Shown: positions 18,225 to 27,126, counted from the first letter of the stretch. The stretch is 64,000 nt of DNA from Vicinamibacterales bacterium (GCA_036278735.1 DASUKM010000005.1:3012-67011), one strand, 5' to 3'. A program made the numbers and translations. Notes: generated by a model from the sequence alone, not told the origin.

Positions 18225-19093
18225 TGCTTCAGCAACTCCTCGAGAATCGCCTCGTCGGCCGGATCCAAGCCCGCTCGGCGGGCGCTCTCGATCAGGTCGG
18301 GCCGGCGCGCCAGCGTGCGTTCCAGTGCCTGGCGCCGGCGCCACCGATCGATTTCGCCGTGGTTGCCCGACAGCAGCACCGCCGGCACCTCGTACTCGCG
18401 GAACGCCGCCGGCCGCGTGTACTGCGGAAAATCGAGCAGGCCGCGCGCGAACGTATCGCCGGCCACCGACTGCTCGTCACCCACGACGCCGGGCACGAGG
18501 CGCGCCACCGCATCGACGATCACGAGCGCCGGCAATTCGCCGCCCGACAGGACGTAGTCGCCGATCGAAATTTCCTCGGTCGCCGCATGCCGGCGTACGC
18601 GCTCGTCCACTCCTTCGTACCGCCCGCACAGGATCACGAGATGCTCGTGACGCCTGAGCCGATCCGCCACCCGGTGCGTCAACGGCTCGCCGTCGGGAGA
18701 CGTCAGGACCACCGGGTGCTCGCATCCGCGATCGCCCGCGCCCGCGCACGCCTGCCGAATCGACTCTACCGCGGCAAACAGCGGCTCCGGCTTCAGCACC
18801 ATCCCGGGTCCGCCGCCAAACGGCACGTCGTCGACGACGTGGTGCCGGTCGGTGGTGAACGCCCGCAGATCGTGTACCCGGACGTTCAGGCGCCCGGCCG
18901 CAATGGCCCGCCCGACGATCCCTTCCGCGAGCGGCGCCTCGACCATCTTCGGAAAGATGGTGACGATGTCGATCTTCAGGGCGGGGGGCTTTGCCCCGCC
19001 GCACCCCCCTGCACGCTCGCTCGCGGGGACCCCACGATCCCCGCTCCGCTCGCGTGGCTCACTCGCCTCCGCTCGTTCGCGTGGACCCTTCAT
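18212..19093 (-). CDS. trmD: tRNA (guanine37-N1)-methyltransferase; start uncertain (ATG 19093 with a 38-aa repeat-encoded extension, or CTG 18979)
   Basis: [13 protein letters not shown]...GGGPGMV...[11 protein letters not shown]... is canonical TrmD. The residue aligned to the usual Met is a CTG Leu. The only in-frame ATG/GTG/TTG upstream is ATG 19093, inside the tandem repeat. Confidence 0.9.
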   Translation of the reverse strand: MKGPRERAEASEPRERSGDRGVPASERAGGCGGAKPPALKIDIVTIFPKMVEAPLAEGIVGRAIAAGRLNVRVHDLRAFTTDRHHVVDDVPFGGGPGMVLKPEPLFAAVESIRQACAGAGDRGCEHPVVLTSPDGEPLTHRVADRLRRHEHLVILCGRYEGVDERVRRHAATEEISIGDYVLSGGELPALVIVDAVARLVPGVVGDEQSVAGDTFARGLLDFPQYTRPAAFREYEVPAVLLSGNHGEIDRWRRRQALERTLARRPDLIESARRAGLDPADEAILEELLKQVPE

Positions 19094-19500
19094 TCAAGTC
19101 GATCGGCCCTTCCGGCGGATCCTCTCGTCCCCCGCTACACGCTCGCTCGCGGGGACCCCACGATCCCCGCTCCGCTCGCGTGGCTCACTCGCCTCCGCTC
19201 GTTCGCGTGGACCCTTCATTCAAGTCGATCGGCCCTTCCGGCGGATCCTCTCGTCCCCCGCTGCCCGCTCGCTCGCACGGACCCCACGATCCCCGCTCCG
19301 CTCGCGTGGCTCACTCGCCTCCGCTCGTTCGCGTGGACCCTTCATTCAAGTCGATCGGCCCTTCCGGCGGATCCCCTCGTCCCCCGCTACACGCTCGCTC
19401 GCACGGACCCCACGATCCCCGCTCCGCTCGCGTGGCTCACTCGCCTCCGCTCGTTCGCGTGGACCCTTCATTCAAGTCGATCAGCCCTTCCGGCGGATCC
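18979..19500 (-). repeat. Four tandem 126-bp units spanning the rimM 3' end and trmD 5' end
   Basis: The ATG-containing motif TTGAATGAAGGGTCC recurs with its ATG at 19093, 19219, 19345 and 19471 (exact 126-bp spacing). Units carry GAGCCACGCGAGCGGAGCGG plus a hairpin. Confidence 0.9.
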
Positions 19501-19958
19501 ACGACGATCCGGCGCCCCGGCGGATCGACGTCGACGCAGATGGGCTCGACGAGCGGGATCAACAGCTCGCCGCGCCCCTGGCCGGCCACCACCAGACAAC
19601 TGCGCGCCATCGGCCCTTCCACTCGCGCAACGCGCCCAAGCGATTCTCCCTGCACGGTGACGACGTCGCAGCCGACCAGGTCGTGGCGATAGAAGGTCGC
19701 CGGCGGCAACGGCCCCAGCTCCGCCTCCGGCAGCTTCAACTCCGCGCCCGCGAGCGCTTCGGCGGCCGTCATCGTCGTGATGCCCGCGAAGGCGACGACC
19801 GGCCGTCCCTGATGAAAGCGCACCGCCTCGATTCGCCGCGGGTCGCAGGCGTCCACCGTGCACACCTGCATCACCGCGCCCTGCCGGAATCGCGCTTCGG
19901 CGAAATCGGTCTCGAGGTTCACGATCACCTCGCCGCGATTGCCGTGTGCGCGTGCCAC
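19437..19958 (-). CDS. rimM: 16S rRNA processing protein RimM
   Basis: (V)ARAHGNRGEVIV...FYRHDLVGC...PPEGLIDL. GTG at 19958. The frame is open a further 10 codons upstream with no canonical start. The last 11 codons and the stop lie in the first repeat unit. Confidence 0.85.
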   Translation of the reverse strand: MARAHGNRGEVIVNLETDFAEARFRQGAVMQVCTVDACDPRRIEAVRFHQGRPVVAFAGITTMTAAEALAGAELKLPEAELGPLPPATFYRHDLVGCDVVTVQGESLGRVARVEGPMARSCLVVAGQGRGELLIPLVEPICVDVDPPGRRIVVDPPEGLIDLNEGSTRTSGGE

Positions 19959-19984
19959 GCGGCCGACGAGGATCAGGCCGGTCG

Positions 19985-20236
19985 TCAGCGCCGCTCCTCG
20001 TCCCGGAACTCCACGGTCGCCTTCTGCCCTTCGAGATCGGCTGCCGCGGCGGCCAGCGTGCGCAGCGCGGCGGCGGTCCGTCCCTGACGCCCAATCACGC
20101 GCCCGAGGTCGCCGTCCGCCATGAACAGCTCGACGAGCGTCTGCCCGCGATGCTCCCGCTCGACCACGCGCACGGCGTCGGGGCGATCCGCCAGCGCCCT
20201 GGCGACGACTTCGACGACGCGCCCCGCGCGGCTCAC
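19985..20236 (-). CDS. KH-domain RNA-binding protein (YlqC/UPF0109 family)
   Basis: GRVIGRQGRTAAALRTL KH motif. GTG start overlaps the rpsP stop (GTGA). It sits in the conserved position between rpsP and rimM. Confidence 0.8.
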   Translation of the reverse strand: MSRAGRVVEVVARALADRPDAVRVVEREHRGQTLVELFMADGDLGRVIGRQGRTAAALRTLAAAAADLEGQKATVEFRDEERR

Positions 20237-20502
20237 GACGCGGCGGGCGGCTCGACCGCCGCCGGCGCCGGCGGCATGCGATCCACCAGCGTCCGCACCG
20301 TATCGGACGGGCGCGCGCCCTGCTGCAGCCAGTGGTCGAACCGCAGCCGGTCCACGCGCAGCGTTTCCGGCGACGTCCGCGGATTGTAGTGGCCGAGCAC
20401 TTCGACGAAGCTGCTGTCGCGTGCCGTCCGCGCGTCGATCACGACCACGCGGAAGAAGGGGCGCTTCTTGGATCCTGCCCGTCTGAGTCGGATTGCTAAC
20501 AT
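20233..20502 (-). CDS. rpsP: 30S ribosomal protein S16
   Basis: MLAIRLRRAGSKKRPFFRVVV.D.R..RD....E.LG.YNP. Confidence 0.95.
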   Translation of the reverse strand: MLAIRLRRAGSKKRPFFRVVVIDARTARDSSFVEVLGHYNPRTSPETLRVDRLRFDHWLQQGARPSDTVRTLVDRMPPAPAAVEPPAAS

Positions 20503-20526
20503 TGGTGTCCTTCGTGTTGCCAGGTC

Positions 20527-20546
20527 GCCGGGTCTAAAGACCCGGC
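20527..20546 (-). terminator. 8-bp stem-loop (GCCGGGTC-taaa-GACCCGGC) directly after the ffh stop; attenuator or processing site candidate
   Basis: Read directly from the sequence. It abuts the ffh TAG (20547-20549). There is no U-tract. The rpsP Shine-Dalgarno sequence AAGGA follows. Confidence 0.35.
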
Positions 20547-21905
20547 CTACTTCATCATGCCCTTCAGCGCGTTCAGATTCGGGCGCTTCTTGCCGCCGAG
20601 TCCGGCCATGCCGCCCATCGCCTTCAGCATCTTCTTCATCTGCACGAACTGCTTCAGGAGACGATTGATCTCCTCGACCGACGTGCCCGACCCTCTGGCG
20701 ATCCGCTTGCGGCGGCTGCCGTTGATGATCTGATGATGCCGCCGCTCCTTCGCGGTCATCGAATTAATGATCGCCTCGACGCGCAGCAACTGCTTGTCGT
20801 CGACCTGCGCGCGCGCCTGTTTCAGTTCCTTCAGAGCGCCCATCCCGGGCAGCATCCCGAGGATCTGCTCGAGCGGCCCCATCTTGCGAATGGTTCGCAG
20901 CTGGTCGCGGAAATCCTCGAGCGTGAACTCGTCGAGCCGGATCTTCTTCTCGAGCTTCTCGGCATCCTCCACCGAGACGGCTTCTTCGGCCTTCTCGATG
21001 AGCGACAGCACGTCGCCCATGCCGAGCACGCGCGAGACGACGCGATCCGGATGGAACGGTTCGAGATCCTGGAGCCGCTCGCCGCTGCCGACGAACGCGA
21101 TCGGCACCCCGACGACGGAGACGACCGAGAGCGCGGCGCCGCCGCGCGCGTCGCCGTCCATCTTCGTCAGCACGACGCCGGTCACCCCCACCCGGCGGTT
21201 GAACTCGCCGGCGCTCTTGATCGCGTCCTGCCCGGTCATCGCATCGGCGATGAAGAGCTGATCGACGGGCTGCACGGCGTCCTTGATCCCCTGCAGTTCC
21301 ACCATGAGGTCGTCGTCGATGTGCAGCCGCCCGGCGGTGTCGACGATCAGGACGTCGAACCCGCTGTTCTTCGCCTCGCTCAGCGCGCCCGCGGCGCGCT
21401 TGACCGGATCCATCTGATCCGCCGGATCGTGGACCCGCACCCCTGCCTGCTCGCCGACAATCGACAACTGCTGGATCGCCGCGGGGCGGCGGACGTCGGT
21501 CGACACGAGCAGCGGGTGCCGTCCCTGCTTCGTGAGCCACCGCCCCAGCTTGGCGGCGGTCGTCGTCTTGCCCGAGCCCTGGAGGCCGAGCAGCAGAATC
21601 GTCCGCGGCCGCGCCGCGCTCGCCGGCAGCCCCCCCTCCGTCGTCCCGAACAGCGCGAGCATCTCGTCGCGAACGATCGCGACGACCTGCTGCGCGGGGG
21701 TCAGGCTGCGCAGCACCTCCTGGTCGACGGCGCGATCGCGCACGCGGTCGACGAAGGCCTTGACGACCTTGAAGTTGACGTCCGCCTCGAGCAGGGCCAG
21801 GCGGATTTCCCGGAGAGCCAGTTCGACCGCCTCGGGCGTCAAGCGGCCCTGTCCGCTCAACGAGCGGAAGACGTCCTGCAGGCGAGTGGAGAGCGAGTCG
21901 AACAT
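20547..21905 (-). CDS. ffh: Signal recognition particle protein
   Basis: GLQGSGKTTT, DTAGR and TKMDGDARGG, plus a Met-rich M domain. Confidence 0.95.
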   Translation of the reverse strand: MFDSLSTRLQDVFRSLSGQGRLTPEAVELALREIRLALLEADVNFKVVKAFVDRVRDRAVDQEVLRSLTPAQQVVAIVRDEMLALFGTTEGGLPASAARPRTILLLGLQGSGKTTTAAKLGRWLTKQGRHPLLVSTDVRRPAAIQQLSIVGEQAGVRVHDPADQMDPVKRAAGALSEAKNSGFDVLIVDTAGRLHIDDDLMVELQGIKDAVQPVDQLFIADAMTGQDAIKSAGEFNRRVGVTGVVLTKMDGDARGGAALSVVSVVGVPIAFVGSGERLQDLEPFHPDRVVSRVLGMGDVLSLIEKAEEAVSVEDAEKLEKKIRLDEFTLEDFRDQLRTIRKMGPLEQILGMLPGMGALKELKQARAQVDDKQLLRVEAIINSMTAKERRHHQIINGSRRKRIARGSGTSVEEINRLLKQFVQMKKMLKAMGGMAGLGGKKRPNLNALKGMMK

Positions 21906-21946
21906 GGGTGATGTGGCGGCGCCCGGACGTTGGAGCGCAAACCCTT

Positions 21947-21976
21947 ATCCTAGAGCAAGAAAGCCCGTGGCGTCAA
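21947..21976 (-). promoter_or_regulatory. Candidate sigma-70 promoter for ffh (TTGACG-18 nt-TAGGAT)
   Basis: On the minus strand, -35 lies at 21976-21971 and -10 at 21952-21947, about 40 nt upstream of the ffh ATG. Confidence 0.35.
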
Positions 21977-21987
21977 TTTGTCGGGAC

Positions 21988-22060
21988 GGGGGTGCAGAAC
22001 CCGGGGGCTGGGGGTGCGGAACCCGGGGGGCGGGGTGCAGAGCGCGGCGGGCAGGGGCGG
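21988..22060. repeat. Three 21/22-bp units (GGGGGTGCRGAACCCGGGGGS) rich in G-runs
   Basis: Units start at 21988, 22010 and 22031, with a partial fourth. They lie between the ribBA stop (22063) and the ffh promoter region. Confidence 0.8.
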
Positions 22061-22062
22061 CC

Positions 22063-23286
22063 CTACACCGACCGCAGCTTGTGGCCCAGCTTCTCCTTCT
22101 TCGTGCGCAGATAGCGCTCCGTGTGGATCGAGGGCGGGATCTCGAGCGGCAGCCATTCGGCGACCGACAGGCCGTAGCCTTCGAGGCCGACCAGCTTGCG
22201 GGGATTGTTCGAGAGCAGCCGCATCGTCTTGACCCCCAGGTCCTTGAGAATCTGGACGCCGATCCCGTAGTCGCGCTGGTCGGCCTTGAAGCCGAGGCGC
22301 ACGTTCGCCTCCACGGTGTCGAGCCCCTGGTCCTGCAGCTCGTAGGCGCGGATCTTGTTGCCCAGCCCGATCCCGCGCCCTTCCTGGTTCAGGTACAAGA
22401 GCACGCCGCGACCCTCGGCGGCGATGCGCGCCATCGCCGCGTCGAGCTGCGCACCGCAGTCGCACCGCGCGGAATGGAAGACGTCGCCGGTGAGGCACTT
22501 CGAGTGCACGCGGACGAGCACGTCCTCGCCGTCGCCGATCTCCCCTTTCACGAGCGCGACGTGCGTCTCGCGATCGATCAGGCTCTCGAAGGCGATCACG
22601 CGGAAGTCGCCGTCGGCGGTCGGCAGCGCCGCCGAGGCGACGCGCCGGACGAGCGCCTCGGTGCGCATCCGGTACTGGATCAGATCCGCGATCGTCACCA
22701 TCAGCAGCTTGTGCCGCCTGGCGAACTTCGTCAGCTCCGGCACCCGTGCCATCGTGCCGTCCTCGTTCATGATTTCGCAGATCACGCCCGCCGGATACAG
22801 CCCCGCGATGCGCGCCAGGTCGACCGCCGCCTCGGTCTGCCCGGCCCGGACGAGCACGCCGCCGTTGCGCGCCTTCAACGGGAACATGTGGCCCGGCCGG
22901 GCGAGATCCGACGGCCGCGTGGCGGGATCGATCGCCGCCAGCACCGTCGCGGCCCGGTCCGCCGCCGAAATGCCGGTGCTCGTCGCGTGCTTCGCTTCGA
23001 TCGACACACAGAACGCGGTGGCGAACCGCGCCGTGTTCTGCGACACCATCAACGGGAGATCCAGCTCGGCGAGCCGTTCCTCCGTCATCGGCATGCAGAT
23101 CAGCCCGCGGCCGTGCCGCGCCATGAAGTTGACGATCTCCGGCGTGATCTTCTCCGCCGCGACCGTCAGGTCCCCCTCGTTCTCGCGGTCCTCGTCGTCG
23201 ACGACGATGATCATGCGGCCGTCGCGAATCGCCTCGACGGCGTCCTCAATCGGCGCGAACGGCGACACAGGTTTGCGTTTAGTCAT
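22063..23286 (-). CDS. ribBA: Bifunctional 3,4-dihydroxy-2-butanone-4-phosphate synthase / GTP cyclohydrolase II
   Basis: [13 protein letters not shown] and the GTP cyclohydrolase II Cys motif ([18 protein letters not shown]). ATG 23286 is preferred over TTG 23292. Confidence 0.9.
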   Translation of the reverse strand: MTKRKPVSPFAPIEDAVEAIRDGRMIIVVDDEDRENEGDLTVAAEKITPEIVNFMARHGRGLICMPMTEERLAELDLPLMVSQNTARFATAFCVSIEAKHATSTGISAADRAATVLAAIDPATRPSDLARPGHMFPLKARNGGVLVRAGQTEAAVDLARIAGLYPAGVICEIMNEDGTMARVPELTKFARRHKLLMVTIADLIQYRMRTEALVRRVASAALPTADGDFRVIAFESLIDRETHVALVKGEIGDGEDVLVRVHSKCLTGDVFHSARCDCGAQLDAAMARIAAEGRGVLLYLNQEGRGIGLGNKIRAYELQDQGLDTVEANVRLGFKADQRDYGIGVQILKDLGVKTMRLLSNNPRKLVGLEGYGLSVAEWLPLEIPPSIHTERYLRTKKEKLGHKLRSV

Positions 23287-23292
23287 CTTCAA

Positions 23293-23470
23293 CCGAGGGG
23301 CGTTGCCCCTCGGACTCCCCTACACGCTCTTTCGTGCGCCGCTTCGCCGGCGCGCTCCGTTCGCGTGGCTCGCTTGCGCTCGCTCGCGGGCCCCATTTCA
23401 TCCCGTTCACCCGCCGTAGCCTTGGCGCAGGCGGGCCCTACACACTGTCTCGCGCGCCTCGACCGCACCT
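23293..23470 (-). repeat. Two box-plus-hairpin modules of the same family as the trmD-operon repeats, in the ribE-ribBA gap
   Basis: On the minus strand: AAGCGAGCCACGCGAACGGAGCG...GAGCGTGTAGGGGAG, then hairpin CGAGGGGC-aac-GCCCCTCG (23294-23312). A second module has GCGAGACAGTGTGTAGGG plus CCCGCC...GGCGGG (23410-23435). Confidence 0.75.
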
Positions 23471-23484
23471 GCGGCGAGACCACA

Positions 23485-24090
23485 TCACCGCAATCGCCCC
23501 GGTGCCGTCACCTCGAGCGCGCGGAGCACGTACTTGCCGAGAATGTCGCATTCGAGGTTCACGGCCTCGTTCGGCTTCGCGGTGCGCAGGTTCGTGTGCT
23601 CCCAGGTGAACGGGATCACCTGCACGTCGAACCGGCGATCGTCCACGCCCGCCACCGTCAGGCTGATGCCGTTCACCGCAATCGACCCCTTCCGCACGAT
23701 CAACCCCGCGAGCGCCGGGGGAAACATGATGGTCAGCCACCAGGCGTCTCCTTCCTGGCGCATCTCCTCGACGGTCCCGGTGGCGTCGACGTGCCCCTGG
23801 ACGAAATGGCCCCCCACGCGCGCGTCGGCGCGCAGCGGCCGCTCGAGGTTCACGATCGCGCCCCGTTTGAGGGATCCCATCGCGCTCACGCGCACCGTTT
23901 CCGGCGAGATGTCCGCGTGCACCCCTTCGGCGTCAGCCGACACCACAGTCAAACAGACGCCGTTGACCGCCAGACTGTCCCCGGGCGTGAGCGCCGAGGC
24001 GAGATCCGTCTGCACTCGCAGCCGGAATCCCTCGGGCGTGGGCTTCAGCTCGGCCACTTCACCAGTCGATTCAATCAGTCCTGTGAACAT
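23485..24090 (-). CDS. ribE: Riboflavin synthase (alpha chain)
   Basis: ATG at 24090 gives MFTGLIESTGEV..., with the duplicated N/C barrel pattern (GDSLAVNGVCLTV / GSIAVNGISLTV). Confidence 0.9.
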   Translation of the reverse strand: MFTGLIESTGEVAELKPTPEGFRLRVQTDLASALTPGDSLAVNGVCLTVVSADAEGVHADISPETVRVSAMGSLKRGAIVNLERPLRADARVGGHFVQGHVDATGTVEEMRQEGDAWWLTIMFPPALAGLIVRKGSIAVNGISLTVAGVDDRRFDVQVIPFTWEHTNLRTAKPNEAVNLECDILGKYVLRALEVTAPGRLR

Positions 24091-25168
24091 GACCCTCCAC
24101 CAGCACGTCGTCGCCAATCACGCGCACCTGCCGGTCCCGCAGCGTGCGCATCCACTGGTCCCTGTCGATCCACGCAAGGGCGTCCGGTCCGAGCGTCCGG
24201 GGCGCGATGTACACCTGCACGGCGTCGACCACGCCGGCGCCCAGCGCCGCCCGGTGCAGCGCGGGTCCACCCTCGACGACGATCGACGTAATCCCGCGCG
24301 CCCCCAGCCGCTCCATTGCGCTCTTGACGCTGCGCTCCGGCAGCCGCTCGAGTTCGGCACCCGCGGCGGCCAGGGCCTCCGCCCGCTCCGGCGCCCGGGC
24401 GCACATCTCTTCGGTTGTCATGATTATGACTGGACCCGCGCCTCGGGTCGAGAGCACGCGGGCGGACGTCGGCGTCCGCAGCCGGGTATCGAACAGCACG
24501 CGGGTCAGCGGACGCCAGCGGTGCACGCCGCGCGCCGTGAGGAGGGGATCGTCGGCGAGGACGGTGCCCGATCCAACCGCGAGGGCGTCGACGGCGGCGC
24601 GCTGGCGATGGATCCAGCGATCGGCCTCCGGTCCCGTCAGCCGGGTGCGCTCCCCCGGCCGCGCGGCGACCCGGCCGTCGAGGCTGATCGCCGCTTTGAC
24701 GATCACCAGCGGCCGGCGCCGGCGCATGGACGTGAGGAACGCCGCATTCTGCTCTTCGGCCTGCTCGCGCAGCACGCCGCTGCGGACCGCGACCCCGTGC
24801 TCCCGCAGGTGCCGGAGGCCCGCCCCGGCCACGAGCGGGTTGGGATCTTCGATCGCGACGACGACGCGCGCGATGCCCGCGCTCGTCACGAGCGGCGCGC
24901 ACGCCCCCGTGCGCCCCACGTGCGAGCACGGTTCGAGCGTGCAGTACAACGTCGCACCAGCCGCCCGCGCGCCCGCGTCGCGCAGAGCGAACACTTCGGC
25001 GTGCGGGCCTCCGGCCTCCAGATGCGCGCCGCGTCCGACGATCACCCCTTCGCCGTCGACGACGACGGCGCCGACCAGCGGATTGGGGCTCGTCCTGCCG
25101 CGTCCGCGTTCGGCAAGGCCGAACGCCTTCCGCATGTAGCACGCGTCGGCGTCCGGACGGCCTACCAC
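24071..25168 (-). CDS. ribD: Bifunctional diaminohydroxyphosphoribosylaminopyrimidine deaminase / 5-amino-6-(5-phosphoribosylamino)uracil reductase
   Basis: HAEVFAL...CTLEPC deaminase zinc motif plus a reductase domain. The start is GTG 25168, which overlaps the ftsY stop, or ATG 25135. Confidence 0.9.
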   Translation of the reverse strand: MVGRPDADACYMRKAFGLAERGRGRTSPNPLVGAVVVDGEGVIVGRGAHLEAGGPHAEVFALRDAGARAAGATLYCTLEPCSHVGRTGACAPLVTSAGIARVVVAIEDPNPLVAGAGLRHLREHGVAVRSGVLREQAEEQNAAFLTSMRRRRPLVIVKAAISLDGRVAARPGERTRLTGPEADRWIHRQRAAVDALAVGSGTVLADDPLLTARGVHRWRPLTRVLFDTRLRTPTSARVLSTRGAGPVIIMTTEEMCARAPERAEALAAAGAELERLPERSVKSAMERLGARGITSIVVEGGPALHRAALGAGVVDAVQVYIAPRTLGPDALAWIDRDQWMRTLRDRQVRVIGDDVLVEGHVHRTD

Positions 25169-26085
25169 TTCTCTTCGAACAGGGCGTTCACGTAATCGTC
25201 GGGAGAGAACGGCACGAGATCGTCGATCCCTTCACCCACGCCGACGTAGCGGATGGGCAGCTCGAGGTCGTGGGCAATCGCGACGGCAATCCCCCCCTTG
25301 GCGGTGCCGTCGAGTTTCGTGAGGACGATGCCGTTGACGCCGGCGGCCCCCATGAACTCGCGCGCCTGGTTGAGGCCGTTCTGGCCGACGGTGGCGTCGA
25401 GCACCAGCAGCACCTCGTGCGGCGCCCCTGGCACTTCACGCGCCGCGACCCGCCGGATCTTTTCGAGTTCTCCCATCAGGTTGACGCGCGTGTGGAGGCG
25501 GCCGGCGGTGTCGACCAGGACGTCGTCGCGCCTGCGGGCCTTGCCGGCGGCAATCGCGTCGAACACGACGGCCGCGGGATCGGAGCCCGGGTTCGCGCGG
25601 ATGAAGTCGACGCCGGCGCGCGTGGCCCACACCTGCAACTGCTCGACGGCGGCCGCGCGAAAGGTGTCGGCCGCGCAGATGAGCGGCGTCCGCCCCGAAT
25701 CCTTGATCAGCCGGGCGAGCTTGCCGATGGTCGTCGTCTTGCCGGTGCCGTTGACGCCGACGATCAAGGTGACGTGCGGCCGTGCCCCGTCGCCGACGGG
25801 GTGCTCCGCGCCGCGCAGGATCGAGAGAATCTCGTCCTTGACCAGCGCGCGCAGCGAGTCGCCGCGGCTCCGCCGCTCGCGCACCGCGGCGACGATCTGC
25901 CCGGTCGCGGCCACGCCGACGTCGGCCGAGATCAGCGCTTCCTCGAGCGCCTCGATCGTCTCGAGGTCGACCGCCCGCGTGCGCCGCTCCGGCTCCTCCG
26001 CCCGCCGCACCACATCGTCGAACCGTTCGAGGAACTGTTCCTTCGTCCGGCTCAGCGATTGTTTAATCTTGTCGAAAAAACCCAT
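25162..26085 (-). CDS. ftsY: Signal recognition particle receptor
   Basis: GVNGTGKTTT, DTAGR and TKLDGTAKGG. Confidence 0.95.
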   Translation of the reverse strand: MGFFDKIKQSLSRTKEQFLERFDDVVRRAEEPERRTRAVDLETIEALEEALISADVGVAATGQIVAAVRERRSRGDSLRALVKDEILSILRGAEHPVGDGARPHVTLIVGVNGTGKTTTIGKLARLIKDSGRTPLICAADTFRAAAVEQLQVWATRAGVDFIRANPGSDPAAVVFDAIAAGKARRRDDVLVDTAGRLHTRVNLMGELEKIRRVAAREVPGAPHEVLLVLDATVGQNGLNQAREFMGAAGVNGIVLTKLDGTAKGGIAVAIAHDLELPIRYVGVGEGIDDLVPFSPDDYVNALFEEKW

Positions 26086-26121
26086 TCCGTCTTCCGTCTT
26101 CTGTCTTCTGTCTTCTGTCTT
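26086..26121. repeat. Five tandem heptamers TCYGTCT (AGACRGA on the coding strand) filling the whole gpsA-ftsY spacer
   Basis: tccgtct tccgtct tctgtct tctgtct tctgtct, tiled from 26086. It is bounded by the ftsY ATG (26083-26085) and the gpsA TAG (26122-26124). Confidence 0.9.
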
Positions 26122-27126
26122 CTAATTCTCCTGCTCGTGGCGCTGCCGGCGGCCCATCAGCGTCTCCACCGCTTCGGCCGGCGCGACGCGTCCTTCGAGC
26201 ACGGCGGCCATCTGCGTCGTAATGGGCAGCTCGACACCGTGCCGTTCGCCGAGCTTGACGGCGGCCTGCGTCGTCCGCACGCCTTCGGCGACCATGCGCA
26301 TGCCCGAAAGGATGTCGTCGAGCGCGCGGCCGTGCCCGAGTTCGATGCCGAGACCGCGATTGCGGCTCAGGCTGCCGGTGCAGGTCAGCACGAGATCGCC
26401 GAGGCCGCTCAAGCCGGCCAGGGTTTCGCGCCGTCCCCCTTCGGCGCACGCGAGGCGCGACATCTCCGCGAGCCCCCGTGTGATCACGCCGGCGAGCGCG
26501 TTGTGCCCGAGCGAGAGCCCCTCGACCACGCCTGCGGCAATCGCAATCACGTTCTTGAGCGCGCCGCCGAACTCCACGCCGGCCACGTCTTCGGTCGCGT
26601 ACAGCCGGAAGGTCGGGCCGCGAAACGCCTCCTGCACCATCGTCGCGGCCTGGTGATCGCCGCACGCGGCCACGATCGCGGTCGGCAAGCGCGCGGCAAC
26701 CTCGGCCGCGAAGCTCGGTCCGGAAAGGGCCACGACCGGCAGACCGCCGCCGGTCTCCTCCTGAATCACCGACGACATGCGCGCGAGCGTGCCGACTTCG
26801 AGTCCCTTCGTCGCGCTGACGACCGCGCGAACGGGGGCCAGCGCCGGCGCCGCGGCGCGCACGACGGCACGCAGACCATGCGAGGGGACGGCGACGACGA
26901 CGATCCCGGCGCCGTCGGTCGCCGCGGGAAGCGAGGCGGTGACGGCGACGCGCTCGTCGATGCAGACATCCGGCAGGTATCCGGGATTCCGGCGGGTGAC
27001 GGCCATCTCGTGCGCGACCGTGGGACTGCGCGCCCAGAGCCGCACGTCGTGGCCAATCCGCGCGCAGTGCACGGCGAGCGCCGTCCCCCAGCTGCCCGCT
27101 CCGAGGATTGCGATCCGCTCCGGCAT
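26122..27126 (-). CDS. gpsA: NAD(P)H-dependent glycerol-3-phosphate dehydrogenase
   Basis: ATG at 27126 gives MPERIAILGAGSWGTALA..., and GALKNVIAIAAG is present. Confidence 0.9.
   Translation of the reverse strand: MPERIAILGAGSWGTALAVHCARIGHDVRLWARSPTVAHEMAVTRRNPGYLPDVCIDERVAVTASLPAATDGAGIVVVAVPSHGLRAVVRAAAPALAPVRAVVSATKGLEVGTLARMSSVIQEETGGGLPVVALSGPSFAAEVAARLPTAIVAACGDHQAATMVQEAFRGPTFRLYATEDVAGVEFGGALKNVIAIAAGVVEGLSLGHNALAGVITRGLAEMSRLACAEGGRRETLAGLSGLGDLVLTCTGSLSRNRGLGIELGHGRALDDILSGMRMVAEGVRTTQAAVKLGERHGVELPITTQMAAVLEGRVAPAEAVETLMGRRQRHEQEN

Noticed and set aside
17585-20087. Long plus-strand ORFs (17585..19660, 18852..20087, 18991..19692) with 42-aa repeated peptides
   Set aside because: They are antisense to trmD and rimM and read through the 126-bp tandem repeat. 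Their composition is Arg/Pro/Ser-rich and they resemble no protein family.
23293-23484. FMN (RFN) riboswitch in the ribE-ribBA gap or upstream of ribD
   Set aside because: I could not find the conserved RFN core segments. The gap is explained by the box-plus-hairpin repeat modules, and ribD has no leader because it overlaps ftsY.
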